64,000 nt of DNA from Deinococcota bacterium (GTDB lineage Bacteria; Deinococcota; Deinococci; Deinococcales; Thermaceae), in contig JBGFRI010000014.1 in assembly GCA_041695225.1 (NCBI GenBank), positions 96,001 through 160,000 of the forward strand, given 5' to 3'. The notes below the pieces were generated by a model. The model was not told where the DNA came from, ran no database searches, and was given only the letters and a program-made list of their open reading frames with translations. Position numbers and translations under genes: made by a program. This document shows, in pieces, positions 37,907 through 47,915 of the stretch (positions are counted from its first letter, which is position 1; every line of letters starts with the position of its first letter).

Positions 37907-38485
37907 ATGACCCACCTGCCTACCCTGGTTCTTGCCTCGCAAAGCCCTCGCCGCGCCGAGCTGCTCCGGCGGCTATCGCTGCCCTTTACAGCTGTTCCAG
38001 CCAGCATAGACGAAGACGCCCTGGAAGGCCTCGAGCCCCATCTGCTGGCCCAGGAACTAGCAGCCCAGAAAGCCCAGGCCATCTGGCAGCCCGGACAGTG
38101 GGTGCTCGCCGCCGATACCGTGGTGGCCATGGGCCACCAAACGCTGGGTAAACCGCAAAATACGCTGGAAAACATAGCCTTCTTGAGGCGCCTGTCGGGC
38201 CGTAGCCACTCTGTGTATACCGGCTTTGCCATCCTGAAACCCGATGGGTTCTTGCATACTGAGGTGGTCCCAGCGCAGGTCACTTTTCGGGCGTTACGGG
38301 AGTGGGAGCTAAAGTGGTATGCGCAGAGCGGCGAGGGACTGGACAAGGCCGGAGGGTACGGTGCGCAGGGTTTAGGCATGGTGCTTTTGGAGCACATCGA
38401 GGGCGATTTCTATACCGTGATGGGCCTCCCGGTAAGCCGGGTCTGGCAGCGCCTCTGGGAGCTGGGCTATTTTGGTGCGGTTTAG
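37907..38485 (+). CDS. maf: Maf-family nucleoside triphosphate pyrophosphatase
   Basis: LVLASQSPRRAELL, AADTVV, GKP, LSGRSH, DKAGGYG, VMGLP. Confidence 0.94.
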   Translation: MTHLPTLVLASQSPRRAELLRRLSLPFTAVPASIDEDALEGLEPHLLAQELAAQKAQAIWQPGQWVLAADTVVAMGHQTLGKPQNTLENIAFLRRLSGRSHSVYTGFAILKPDGFLHTEVVPAQVTFRALREWELKWYAQSGEGLDKAGGYGAQGLGMVLLEHIEGDFYTVMGLPVSRVWQRLWELGYFGAV

Positions 38486-38575
38486 GACAGCTTCTGTCGG
38501 CAAGAGGGGCGCTCGACTGGACAGCTCTGGTTTTCAACCCGACCGATGCCGTGGCAGTAAGTATAATCCCTGTAG

Positions 38576-39262
38576 ATGCAAGCCCTCATCTTCGACTTCG
38601 ACGGCACCATTCTTGACACCGAAAGCAGCGAATTTCAGGCCTGGCAAGAGGTTTACCAGCGATATGGGGTAGAGCTTACGCTGGAATACTGGCTTCCCTT
38701 TATCGGCAACAACTCGATTCCCTTCGATCCGGTCGGTCATCTAGAAGTGCAGGTTGGCGAACTACTGGACAAACACAGTCTGGAAGACTGGGTCTGGCAG
38801 CGCAAGCAAGAACTCAACCAGGCGTTAGAGCCCCTGCCAGGGGTGCTGGACTACCTGGATGCCGCCCTGGCCATGGGTCTCAAGCTGGCCGTGGCCAGCA
38901 GCTCAAGCCGGGACTGGGTGGAGGGGCACCTGGCCCGGTTGGGGCTTCTGGAGCGTTTCGAGGTAGTTCGCACCAAGGAAAATGTCGCGCTCACCAAACC
39001 CGACCCAGCCTTGTTTTTGCGGGCGGCGGAGGAGCTGGGTATGCATCCAGCCCAGGCCATTGTGCTGGAGGATTCGCTCAACGGGGTGCGGGCGGCCAAG
39101 TCGGCGGGGGCTTTTACGGTGGCGATTCCCAACGCCATCACCAGGCACTTGGACTTGAGCCAGGCCGATCTGCTACTCACCTGCCTGTGTGACCTGCCGC
39201 TGTGGGAATTGCTGCAAATCGCACGACGGCGAGGCAGCGCAAAGCTACCCACCATTATTTAA
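38576..39262 (+). CDS. HAD-IA family phosphatase
   Basis: IFDFDGTILDTE, VASSS, KPDP, EDSLNG; TATAAT 8 nt upstream of the ATG. Confidence 0.9.
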   Translation: MQALIFDFDGTILDTESSEFQAWQEVYQRYGVELTLEYWLPFIGNNSIPFDPVGHLEVQVGELLDKHSLEDWVWQRKQELNQALEPLPGVLDYLDAALAMGLKLAVASSSSRDWVEGHLARLGLLERFEVVRTKENVALTKPDPALFLRAAEELGMHPAQAIVLEDSLNGVRAAKSAGAFTVAIPNAITRHLDLSQADLLLTCLCDLPLWELLQIARRRGSAKLPTII

Positions 39263-40321
39263 AAAGCGCAGAATGCCGCGCGCCATGGCTTCAGCCAGGG
39301 TCTGGCGGTACTCACTGGTCTGGAGGCGGCGGCCCTCCACCGGGTGATTGGCAAAGCCTACCTCGACCAGCACCGCCGGTATGCGCGCGTTCCGCAGTAC
39401 ATAGAATGGGGCCTGGCGTACCCCCCGGTCTACTGCGCCGGTGGCCCGGACCAGCTCGGTTTGCAGATAGGTCGCAAGGCGACGCGAAAAGCTGAGATTA
39501 GACTGGGCGATCAGGTCTTTTACCAGCCGCTCCGCCACGCTTTGTGCCTCACGGGTCAGGCGGCGGCCCACCTCGCCCCCACCGTTTTCGCGGATGACCT
39601 GGGCCAGTAAGTTGCTGTCTATGGTGTTGCCGAAATGGAATACCTCGATACCCTGGGCAACAGTGTAGGCGCTATTGACGTGGATGGAAACAAACAAAGT
39701 CCGGGCGGAATTTGCCATCGCTGCCCGAAGCCCCAGGTCGGTGGCCTTGTCGCGGGCCAGGTGCATGTCCCGATCGCGCGTGAGCACCACCTGAATTCCC
39801 TGAGCCTGCAACAATCGCTTCAGGCGGAAGGCCAGGTCGAGGTTGACCTCCGATTCCCTCACAAACCCCACTGCGCCGGGGTCTACCCCTCCATGCCCTG
39901 GGTCTAATACCACTATCCTGGGCTGGGTGCGTGGTCTGGGCGGCTGCGGCTGGGGCTGGGGCGGGCTCTGAGCGGGGCGGGCCGGGCTTACCACATCCAC
40001 TACCAGGCGTCGCCGGTTTCCATCGTTTAGCACCGAGGTGTTGACCTCTACACCTGGCCTAAGCCTAATGAACGCGGTGGCCCCGTTCGATGCAGGTACC
40101 ACCTGAAAGGAGGCCACCTGGGGCGAGCCCACGCCCGTATCGGCAGCGCCTGGGCTTACCCCGCTAAAACGAATGGTCACGGTGTCGGGGGTCTGGGAGA
40201 TCTGAAAACTGGCGCCGGCAGTCAGATCAAATACCAGCCGGGTAAAGCCCTCGTGAAGGCCCAGGCGCGGGAAGGCCAGAGCGGGAGCCAGAAGTACAAT
40301 CAGAAAGGCAATTAGCCGCAT
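39245..40321 (-). CDS. N-acetylmuramoyl-L-alanine amidase (Amidase_3)
   Basis: VVLDPGHGG.DPGA, LTRDRD, FVSIHVNS, VLVEVGF; signal peptide from ATG 40321. Confidence 0.93.
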   Translation of the reverse strand: MRLIAFLIVLLAPALAFPRLGLHEGFTRLVFDLTAGASFQISQTPDTVTIRFSGVSPGAADTGVGSPQVASFQVVPASNGATAFIRLRPGVEVNTSVLNDGNRRRLVVDVVSPARPAQSPPQPQPQPPRPRTQPRIVVLDPGHGGVDPGAVGFVRESEVNLDLAFRLKRLLQAQGIQVVLTRDRDMHLARDKATDLGLRAAMANSARTLFVSIHVNSAYTVAQGIEVFHFGNTIDSNLLAQVIRENGGGEVGRRLTREAQSVAERLVKDLIAQSNLSFSRRLATYLQTELVRATGAVDRGVRQAPFYVLRNARIPAVLVEVGFANHPVEGRRLQTSEYRQTLAEAMARGILRFLNNGG

Positions 40322-40524
40322 CCACTCCGGAGTATAGCCCAAAACGGTCAGCAATTCGGAAGATTCGACCTTAATTGTTCAGGCCAAGGGCTGTGTATAG
40401 TTTGTGGCTCGAGGCTGGTGGCCTCTGACCATACTCGGTATGTTTCACCGACCATTTCGGAATTGCACCCTCGGTTGATGATCTGCTCATTCGGTTCATG
40501 CCCAGGGCCCCTAGGATTGGAAGG

Positions 40525-41148
40525 ATGAAGCCTTTGTTGGTTCTGCTCACCTTTGTGTCGTTGGTGGTGTTCGCTTCGCGGTTTGCGGGCTTTGAGGTCA
40601 AGCCCAGAGGCAATTCGGAACTGGATATAGGAACCGGCATCTATACCCTACCCCAGGGCGGCACCATCACCGACAACCGCAACGGACTGGTGCTGGAAGC
40701 CCGTCACATCCAGTACAGGGACGGCGAGTTTATCAGGGCCCAGGGGGCCACCCTCAGGTCTAATGAGGGCACCTTTAGCGCAGCCAGCCTCGAGTATCAG
40801 CAAAAACCCGATACCTTGCGGATGAATGGGGTGCGTTTTAGTTCCCAGCAGTTACGGGGCATCGCGGCACAACAGGGTTTGCTGCTGGGAAATGGCGTTC
40901 TGGTGCTCAAAGGCCAGGTGCGCTCGAGTGACCCGGCGCTAGAGGCCAGCACGGTAATTGTGGATACCGCCCGCGACCAGGCCCTGGTGCTGGGAGCATT
41001 TACCTTCCGTGACGGGACCACCACTCTGCGCGGAACGCGGCCCGAGAGCACCTTGTTGCTTAGCTTTACCGATGGCAGGGTGCGGGCTAACACCCGTGTT
41101 CCGGCAGACATTTTGCACCGCCTGCGGCCATTCGCCGATAAACTGTAA
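40525..41148 (+). CDS. Exported beta-rich hypothetical protein (possibly LptA/OstA-like)
   Basis: Signal peptide and alternating beta-strand pattern; first gene of the run with the LptD- and LptF/G-like genes. Confidence 0.55.
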   Translation: MKPLLVLLTFVSLVVFASRFAGFEVKPRGNSELDIGTGIYTLPQGGTITDNRNGLVLEARHIQYRDGEFIRAQGATLRSNEGTFSAASLEYQQKPDTLRMNGVRFSSQQLRGIAAQQGLLLGNGVLVLKGQVRSSDPALEASTVIVDTARDQALVLGAFTFRDGTTTLRGTRPESTLLLSFTDGRVRANTRVPADILHRLRPFADKL

Positions 41149-41151
41149 GGC

Positions 41152-42849
41152 GTGCAAATGGCGCCAGACGAAAATTGGGCTGCGGGCAAGCGTTGCGCGG
41201 ACGATCCCCTTGGGGACGGGCCGCAGCCCGTACACCAGGACGACAAGGGGGCCTCACGTCCCAACCTCCCCTATTCTCTTGCTCCCTTGATCTATTTACT
41301 ATTCCTGCTGCTAGTCAGTCTGGCCTGGGCTTCACCAGCCACCCCCTGCGCCGAGAAGCCCTACACCCTCGAGACCCCCGAAGGGCTGGCAGGTGGGGGC
41401 AATCTGGAATTCGATGACCAGGTGGCCATCTTTAGCGATGGTGCTTGTCTAGAGACCCAGGGCTTGCTGTTGCGCGCACCCAGCCTGCAATTCGACCAGG
41501 CCAGCGGCGCCCTTACCGCCGCTAATATCGAGGTGGAAACCCCACGCTACCGCTTCTGGGCCCAGCACGCTCTGGTGAAGGGACAGGTCATGCAGGCCAG
41601 CGGGATTCGGGCCACCACCTGCAGGTGCGGCGACGACCTGCGGTTTTTGTCGGAGACCCTGTGGTTTGACACCCAGACCGGCGAGATCGTGCTAAATGAT
41701 ACCGAGCTCGAGCTATTTCGCTTTGGCCTGGCCCGCTTTAATGAAATGCGCCTCGATCCCGACCAGCCCATCGGCCAGACCCTGGGCCTAACCCAGGACG
41801 CTACGGGGGTCCTTATCCTGCCTGTTCGTTTCGATTTTGACCAGGGGTTGAACCTGGGTCTGAGCGATTTTCCTTTAATCGAAGGGGGTGCCCTGCCCGG
41901 CAGGTTCACCACCCGGCTGACCCTTTTGGGCCTGGGTCTGGGCGGCCCCGATCCGGTGTTTCGGATTGGGCTGGCGGCCCAGGAAGAAGGCCGCCGGGCC
42001 AGCTTTCAGCTCGATGGCAGGGCCAGCGGCTTTGCCAGCCGGGGAGAAGTGGTGGACGGCCCCATGTTTTTTGTCCACGACAGCGGAAAGGGGCGGTATG
42101 CCTTTGGGCTCAGGCAGGCCTTTGCGCTGGAGCGCTTTACCCTGACCCCTTTTGCCTGGGCTGCCCAGGACCGGCGGGACGGAACTCCCGCCACCCTGCA
42201 GCAAGGCTTAGCAGTCGGCGCCGAGTTGCGCTACAGATTCGAGTTACAGGAAGGGCCATTTCGCTTTCACCTCGAGCCTTTTGCACTGGCTGCGCTCTAC
42301 GACCGGCCCCAGCACTACCTGGCCTACGGTGGGCTGATTGAGGGCCGTTATGAGGGCGATTTTGCCCTGCGTCTGGGCTATACCTGGGCCGTCGAGCCTA
42401 CCCCGGCCCGCTTCTGGCTCGAGCGCCGCGGGGCTACGCAGAGGCTCTCCGGCAGCCTGCAATACCCAGGGTTCAGACTCGAGGCCGAGCACGACTTCCT
42501 CAGAAGCCAGACCCAGGGCCTCCTGCGGATCGGCTATAGCCGGGACTTTGGCGAGATGTGGGCCCAGTTCAATATGGGCAAAACCTTTGCAAACGGGCGC
42601 AGCTACTGGGGGCAAAGAGAACTGGTGTTGGGCTTCGCCCCGGTGCCCCTCACCTGCACCTTTGACCTCAACCTCACACCCTTCCTCGGGTATGATTTCC
42701 TGCGGCAGGGTGTTAGCCGCTGGGGGTTGGAGCTGCGCTACGCCGACTGTTGTTTTATCTGGCGACTGGGTTACCAGCAAGTCCTCATCGCCCAGCACCC
42801 CGGCGAGATCGCCCGCGGCAGGCTGGTTTTTGGGCTGGAAATTCGATGA
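41152..42849 (+). CDS. LptD-like outer-membrane protein (start uncertain, possibly TTG 41287)
   Basis: Signal peptide LIYLLFLLLVSLAWA, ATTCRC (LptD TTC motif), beta-barrel-like C-terminus with YADCCF.WRLGY and a terminal FGLEIR strand. Confidence 0.6.
   Translation: MQMAPDENWAAGKRCADDPLGDGPQPVHQDDKGASRPNLPYSLAPLIYLLFLLLVSLAWASPATPCAEKPYTLETPEGLAGGGNLEFDDQVAIFSDGACLETQGLLLRAPSLQFDQASGALTAANIEVETPRYRFWAQHALVKGQVMQASGIRATTCRCGDDLRFLSETLWFDTQTGEIVLNDTELELFRFGLARFNEMRLDPDQPIGQTLGLTQDATGVLILPVRFDFDQGLNLGLSDFPLIEGGALPGRFTTRLTLLGLGLGGPDPVFRIGLAAQEEGRRASFQLDGRASGFASRGEVVDGPMFFVHDSGKGRYAFGLRQAFALERFTLTPFAWAAQDRRDGTPATLQQGLAVGAELRYRFELQEGPFRFHLEPFALAALYDRPQHYLAYGGLIEGRYEGDFALRLGYTWAVEPTPARFWLERRGATQRLSGSLQYPGFRLEAEHDFLRSQTQGLLRIGYSRDFGEMWAQFNMGKTFANGRSYWGQRELVLGFAPVPLTCTFDLNLTPFLGYDFLRQGVSRWGLELRYADCCFIWRLGYQQVLIAQHPGEIARGRLVFGLEIR
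41199..41239 (-). repeat. Single copy of the 42-bp palindromic repeat
   Basis: ggacgatccccttggggacgggccgcagcccgtacaccagg is the reverse complement of the unit. Confidence 0.88.
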
Positions 42850-43979
42850 AACGTCTCGATAGCTACATTCTTCGCGAGGCCGTGCCGGTCTTTTTGTTTG
42901 GGCTGGCGCTGTATGTGAGCTTTGGGCTGATCAGCAACCTTCTGCCCAGGGCGCAGTATCTGGGCGCCGCCGAACTGAGCGGCGTTCTAAAGTGGCTGGC
43001 CTTGCAGGTGCCTGCTGTCGCGGTGCAGGCTATGCCCATCGCGGGACTGCTCTCAATTATGCTGGCTTTTGGCCGGCTCGCCCGCGAGAACGAACTGCTG
43101 GTGATGCAGGCTGGGGGTATTTCGCTGCTCCGTACCGCCCGGCCGTTTTTGCTGGGTGGGCTCTTGATGAGCGGAGTGTCCCTGGCGCTTTCGGAATGGG
43201 TGGTGCCCTGGGCCAACCGCGAGACCACTCTGGTCTACTGGAACCAGCTGATGCCCGAACGCACCGCCCAGATTCGCCTGGTGGGGCGCGACCTGGCAGT
43301 AGGCGAATTCACCTTGCGCTTCGATGGTTTCGATCTGGCCCAAGACCAGCTGCAGCAGGTGCGCCTCGAGCGCTGGCAAGGTCAGACCATGACCGTGGTT
43401 CTGGCCCAGACCGCCCGACTGCAGGGCCAGGTGATTACCTTTCGGGACTTCAGGGTTTTTACCCTCGACTTTTCCAGGCTGCCCCTTCCCAACTTTGGCA
43501 CGCTAGAAGAGGCCCAGGATGGCCTGCGAGAGTTTTTCCGGGCGCAAAACATTGGACAGCCCGGGGCAGAGCTCGTGGTACGCCTGACGCGCAGCCGCGA
43601 AGACCTCGAGGCCCAGTACGCCGGTGGCGGTTTCCAAACGCCCGTTCCACTTTCAGCCTGGTGGCGCAAATTCCACGATCCCAGCACGCCACCCCACCAG
43701 CAGCGCGAGGCCCTAGCCCAGTGGCATACTGGCATCGCCTTAGCACTGGCCAACCTGATGGTGTTGATTCTGGCCCTGCCTGTCGCGGTGCAACGGGCCA
43801 CCAGCCCCGGTACCGCCCTGGCTTTGGCCCTGGTGTTGACCATCGCCTATTATGTGGCTTTCAGCACCGGCAAGGTACTGGCCCTGACCGGCCCTTTTCC
43901 TCCCGAAGTTGCCGCCTGGGGCGCCAATGTGCTGGGTATGGTAGCAGGGTTCTGGCTAGGTAGAGGCATCTACCGCTAG
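42846..43979 (+). CDS. LptF/LptG-family permease
   Basis: MKRLDSYILRE, FGRLARENELLVMQAGGISL, EWVVPWAN, AAWGAN; the ATG overlaps the upstream stop. Confidence 0.9.
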   Translation: MKRLDSYILREAVPVFLFGLALYVSFGLISNLLPRAQYLGAAELSGVLKWLALQVPAVAVQAMPIAGLLSIMLAFGRLARENELLVMQAGGISLLRTARPFLLGGLLMSGVSLALSEWVVPWANRETTLVYWNQLMPERTAQIRLVGRDLAVGEFTLRFDGFDLAQDQLQQVRLERWQGQTMTVVLAQTARLQGQVITFRDFRVFTLDFSRLPLPNFGTLEEAQDGLREFFRAQNIGQPGAELVVRLTRSREDLEAQYAGGGFQTPVPLSAWWRKFHDPSTPPHQQREALAQWHTGIALALANLMVLILALPVAVQRATSPGTALALALVLTIAYYVAFSTGKVLALTGPFPPEVAAWGANVLGMVAGFWLGRGIYR

Positions 43980-44227
43980 GCGGGAGAGCGTTCTGGTGAG
44001 TTTTTCATGAGCTACGCACAGCGGTGGCGACGAAACAGAAGGGAGTTTCTTTGATAATTGGGGAGTTATGAGGCTAAGGCTGTCGAGGGCCGGGTGCCAT
44101 GAACAGCCGGTTGGTTGCACTGGCTCTGATCCGCCGGCCCCCCAGGCTCAAGACAGCAGCGAAAGGTACTTCGGAGAGCGGTGCTGTATCAGCAAACCAA
44201 GATAAGCTAGGAAACAGGTGTTTTCAC

Positions 44228-45364
44228 ATGGTGCCAATTCTTGATCTAAAGCGCGAGTACTTAGAGCTAAAAAACGAGATAGATGCTGCGGTGGGGCGTG
44301 TGCTGAGCTCCGGGGGGTTTGTGGGTGGCCCGGAGATCACGGCCCTGGAAACCGAGCTTTCGGCGTATCTGAATGCGCCTCATGTGGTGACCTGCGGTTC
44401 CGGTACCGATGCCCTGTTTATTGCCCTGCGGGCCATGGGCATTGGGCCGGGGGATGAGGTGATCACCAGCCCTTTCACCTTTATCGCTACCCTCGAGGCC
44501 ATCCAGCACGCGGGGGCGAGGCCGGTTCTGGTAGACATTGATCCCCAGACCTATAACCTTTGCCCGGCCCTGCTAGAAGCTGCCCTCACGCCGCGCACCA
44601 GGGCTATTCTGCCGGTGCATCTGTACGGGCAGGTTGCGCCAATGGGCGAGATACTGGCCTTCGCGCAAAAGCACGGTCTGAAGGTTCTGGAAGACGCCGC
44701 CCAGGCCATCGGAGCACGGTACTGTGCCACCGGCTGCAAGCACCCGCTGGCCCGGGCCTCTGACTACCCACACCTCCAGGCCGGAACCATCGGCGAGGCA
44801 GGGGCCTTTAGCTTCTATCCCACCAAAAACCTGGGCGCTTACGGCGATGCTGGCTTTATTGCTACGCATAGCGAGCAAATTGCCGAAGAGTCGCGCCTGC
44901 TAGCCGCCCACGGCTCCAGGGTGCGGTATCACCATGTGCGGCCCGCGGGCTACACCTCGAGGCTCGATGCGCTACAGGCTGCCATCCTGCGGGTCAAACT
45001 ACCCCACCTGGAAGCCTGGAACACCCGCCGCCGCCAGATTGCCCAGGCATACAACCAGGGCCTTAAAAACCAGGTGCAGACCCCCTGCGAAATGCCCTAT
45101 GCACTCCACATCTATCACCAGTACACGGTGCGCCACCCCGAGCGCGACCGGCTGGCTGCCCACCTGAAAGAAAACGGTATTGGCAGCAGTGTCCATTACC
45201 CGGTTCCGGCCCACCTGCAGCCGGCCTACCGCGACCTGTCCCCAGCAGGCGCCTTCCCAGCCGCCGAAGCCGCCTCCCGCGAGGTGTTGAGCCTGCCCAT
45301 GCACCCTTTTTTGCAGGATGAACAGGTGGAGGCAGTAATTAAAGCCGTGCAGAGCTTTGCCTGA
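44228..45364 (+). CDS. DegT/DnrJ/EryC1/StrS PLP-dependent sugar aminotransferase
   Basis: SGTDAL, PVHLYGQ, EDAAQAIG, SFYPTKNLGAYGD, LSLPMHP; start at ATG 44228. Confidence 0.93.
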   Translation: MVPILDLKREYLELKNEIDAAVGRVLSSGGFVGGPEITALETELSAYLNAPHVVTCGSGTDALFIALRAMGIGPGDEVITSPFTFIATLEAIQHAGARPVLVDIDPQTYNLCPALLEAALTPRTRAILPVHLYGQVAPMGEILAFAQKHGLKVLEDAAQAIGARYCATGCKHPLARASDYPHLQAGTIGEAGAFSFYPTKNLGAYGDAGFIATHSEQIAEESRLLAAHGSRVRYHHVRPAGYTSRLDALQAAILRVKLPHLEAWNTRRRQIAQAYNQGLKNQVQTPCEMPYALHIYHQYTVRHPERDRLAAHLKENGIGSSVHYPVPAHLQPAYRDLSPAGAFPAAEAASREVLSLPMHPFLQDEQVEAVIKAVQSFA

Positions 45365-45501
45365 AGCCACACTAGCCACCAGGTCGTGCGCCTAGCGCAT
45401 GGAGCAGTGGAGCAGGTGATACAGTGGTCGAGGATTTGGAGTGATTAACCGATACTCGCTGTGCGAGTAACCCAGCCCGACTCGGTTTATACTGATCTGC
45501 T

Positions 45502-47658
45502 ATGTGGGAGAATCCTTTGCTACAGATTCGCTACGATATACCATTTGCTGAAATTCAGCCCCAACACATCGAGCCTGCCATCCAGACCCTGCTGGCCCGC
45601 GCAGAAGATGAGTTACAGGCCATTCTGAGGGTAGAGGGGCCGCGCACACAGGCCAACACCCTCCTGCCCCTGGACCGGCTGGGCGAAACCCTTAACTATG
45701 CCTATACGCTGGTAGCCCACCTCGAGAGCGTGGTCTCTACCCCCGAACTTCGCGCAGCTTACAATGCCATCATCCCCCCCATAACCGCCTTTAGCACCCG
45801 GGTGCAGATTTCCGCCGAGCTTTACCAGGCCCTGCAGGAGTTTGCCGCTACCCCAGAGGCCACGCAGCTCTCCGCTGACTGGGCACGCTTTTTAAAGATA
45901 CGCTTAGACGAGTTCCGCCGCCAGGGCGCCGACCTTCCACCCGACAAAAAAGCCCGCCTCGAGGCCCTCAATACCCGCCTTTCGGAGATCACCACTCAGT
46001 TCGAGCAGAACGTTACCGACTCCACCGCCGACTGGGAGCTTTATCTGGACCAGGCCCAGGTGACGGGCCTGCCCCCGAGCGCCCTCGAGGCCGCCCAAGC
46101 CAGCGCCCGTTCCAGGGAGCGCGAGGGCTACCGCTTCACCCTGCAACAGCCCAGCTTCGTGGCCCTGCAAACCTACCTCGACAACCACGAGATTCGCAGA
46201 CAGGTCTACCTGGCCTACCACACCCGCGCCACCGAAACAGAGCGCGACAACCGCCCCCTGATTGACGAGATACTGGCCCTGCGCCGCGAGAAAGCGGCGC
46301 TGCTGGGCTATGCCAATTTTGCCGACTACGTGTTGGAAAACCGCATGGCCGGCAAGGCCGAAACCGCCCTGCGTTTTGAGCAGGATTTACGCCAGGCCTA
46401 CGAGCCCCACTTCCATCGGGAGATCGAGGCCCTGCAAGCCTTCCGCCGGGAGTCAGGGGGACGATCCCCTTCGGGACGGGCAGCAGCCCGTGCACCAGGG
46501 GGACGATCCCCTTCGGGACGGGCAGCAGCCCGTGCACCAGAAGGCCCCCAGGCCCCACCACTAGAACCCTGGGATGTCGCCTATTACGCCGAGAAGCGGC
46601 GCAAAGCCCTCTACGACTTCGACCAGGAAGAGCTGCGCCCCTACTTTGCCCTGCCCCAGGTGCTGGCCGGGCTGTTTGAAATCTGTCGCCGGGTGTTTGG
46701 CCTTCAGGTGCTCGAGGTCCCAGGTGTCCAGACCTGGCACCCCGACGTCCAGACCTACGAGATTTATCGGGATAATGAGCGCACAGACTCGATGACGAAG
46801 TGGCCAGGGACCGGGAGGGATCAACCGATTTGCCGCTTCTTCACCGACTGGCACCCCCGCGAAAACAAACGCGGCGGGGCCTGGATGAACTCCCTTATCC
46901 GCGGCGCACGCAACGGCGAGACCACCGAACCCCACCTGGGACTGATGTGCGGCAACCTGACCCCCCCTGTTGGCGACAGACCCGCCCTCCTCACCCACCG
47001 CGAGGTCGAGACCATCTTCCACGAGTTTGGGCATCTTCTGCACCTGGCTCTTTCCAGCGTCGAAGCCCGCAGCCTGGCCGGCACCCAGGTAGCCCGCGAC
47101 TTTGTCGAGCTACCCAGCCAGATCATGGAAAACTGGTGCTGGGAGCGCGAGGCCCTGGACCTGTTTGCCCGCCACTACCAGACCCAAGAGCCCATTCCAG
47201 ATCTGCTTTTTGAAAAGCTCACCCGGGCCAAAAACTACTGGGCCGCCAACCTGGGTATGCGCCAGCTGTCCTTTGGCATGCTCGATCTGTCGCTGCACGT
47301 CCACTACGCCCCCACCGATGGCGAGGTGGTGAGCTATGCCCGCCAGGTCATGCAGCCCTTTGCGCCTGCTCCACTGCCCGAGGAGTATGCTTTTGTGGCC
47401 GGGTTTTCCCACCTTTTTGGCCACCCCGTAGGCTATGCGGCTGGCTACTACTCCTACAAGTGGTCAGAGGTGCTAGACGCCGATGCCTTCTCGCGCTTTA
47501 AGGCCGAGGGCATCTTCAACCGCCAGACCGGCCAGGACTTCATCACCCACATCCTCAGCAAGGGCAACTCACGAGAGCCCGCCGAACTCTTCCGCCGCTT
47601 CCTGGGCCGCGACCCCGACCCCAGGGCCCTGCTGGCCCGTTCGGGCTTGCTGGACTGA
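45502..47658 (+). CDS. prlC: M3-family oligopeptidase A with an in-frame repeat insertion
   Basis: [57 protein letters not shown]. Confidence 0.93.
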   Translation: MWENPLLQIRYDIPFAEIQPQHIEPAIQTLLARAEDELQAILRVEGPRTQANTLLPLDRLGETLNYAYTLVAHLESVVSTPELRAAYNAIIPPITAFSTRVQISAELYQALQEFAATPEATQLSADWARFLKIRLDEFRRQGADLPPDKKARLEALNTRLSEITTQFEQNVTDSTADWELYLDQAQVTGLPPSALEAAQASARSREREGYRFTLQQPSFVALQTYLDNHEIRRQVYLAYHTRATETERDNRPLIDEILALRREKAALLGYANFADYVLENRMAGKAETALRFEQDLRQAYEPHFHREIEALQAFRRESGGRSPSGRAAARAPGGRSPSGRAAARAPEGPQAPPLEPWDVAYYAEKRRKALYDFDQEELRPYFALPQVLAGLFEICRRVFGLQVLEVPGVQTWHPDVQTYEIYRDNERTDSMTKWPGTGRDQPICRFFTDWHPRENKRGGAWMNSLIRGARNGETTEPHLGLMCGNLTPPVGDRPALLTHREVETIFHEFGHLLHLALSSVEARSLAGTQVARDFVELPSQIMENWCWEREALDLFARHYQTQEPIPDLLFEKLTRAKNYWAANLGMRQLSFGMLDLSLHVHYAPTDGEVVSYARQVMQPFAPAPLPEEYAFVAGFSHLFGHPVGYAAGYYSYKWSEVLDADAFSRFKAEGIFNRQTGQDFITHILSKGNSREPAELFRRFLGRDPDPRALLARSGLLD
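46454..46540 (-). repeat. Two exact tandem copies of the 42-bp repeat inside prlC
   Basis: (cagggggacgatccccttcgggacgggcagcagcccgtgcac)x2 + cag, encoding [14 protein letters not shown] twice. Confidence 0.97.
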
Positions 47659-47915
47659 AAGACAGGAGAAAAGAATCTGCCCTGCCATCAAGTTGACTAA
47701 GCAAAGGCGCGTCTGATTATGCCTTCGAGAGACTCAGCACCAGCACCCCGCTGTGCCTCGAGGCACGAGTTGGGCGATCACTTACGCCCGAAGAATGTTG
47801 GCGTTGGCTGTTGCGGGTTTCTCTCAGTCAGGGGCGTAAGTGTGGCAAGGGCCTTGTGCCGGTAATAGCAGACGAAACCAGATGGGCTGTCGCCCTCTCT
47901 CCATAACGCACTCAC

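Noticed and set aside
42992..43963. 323-aa alternative ORF in the LptF/G gene
   Set aside because: Off-frame shadow ORF with no recognisable motifs.
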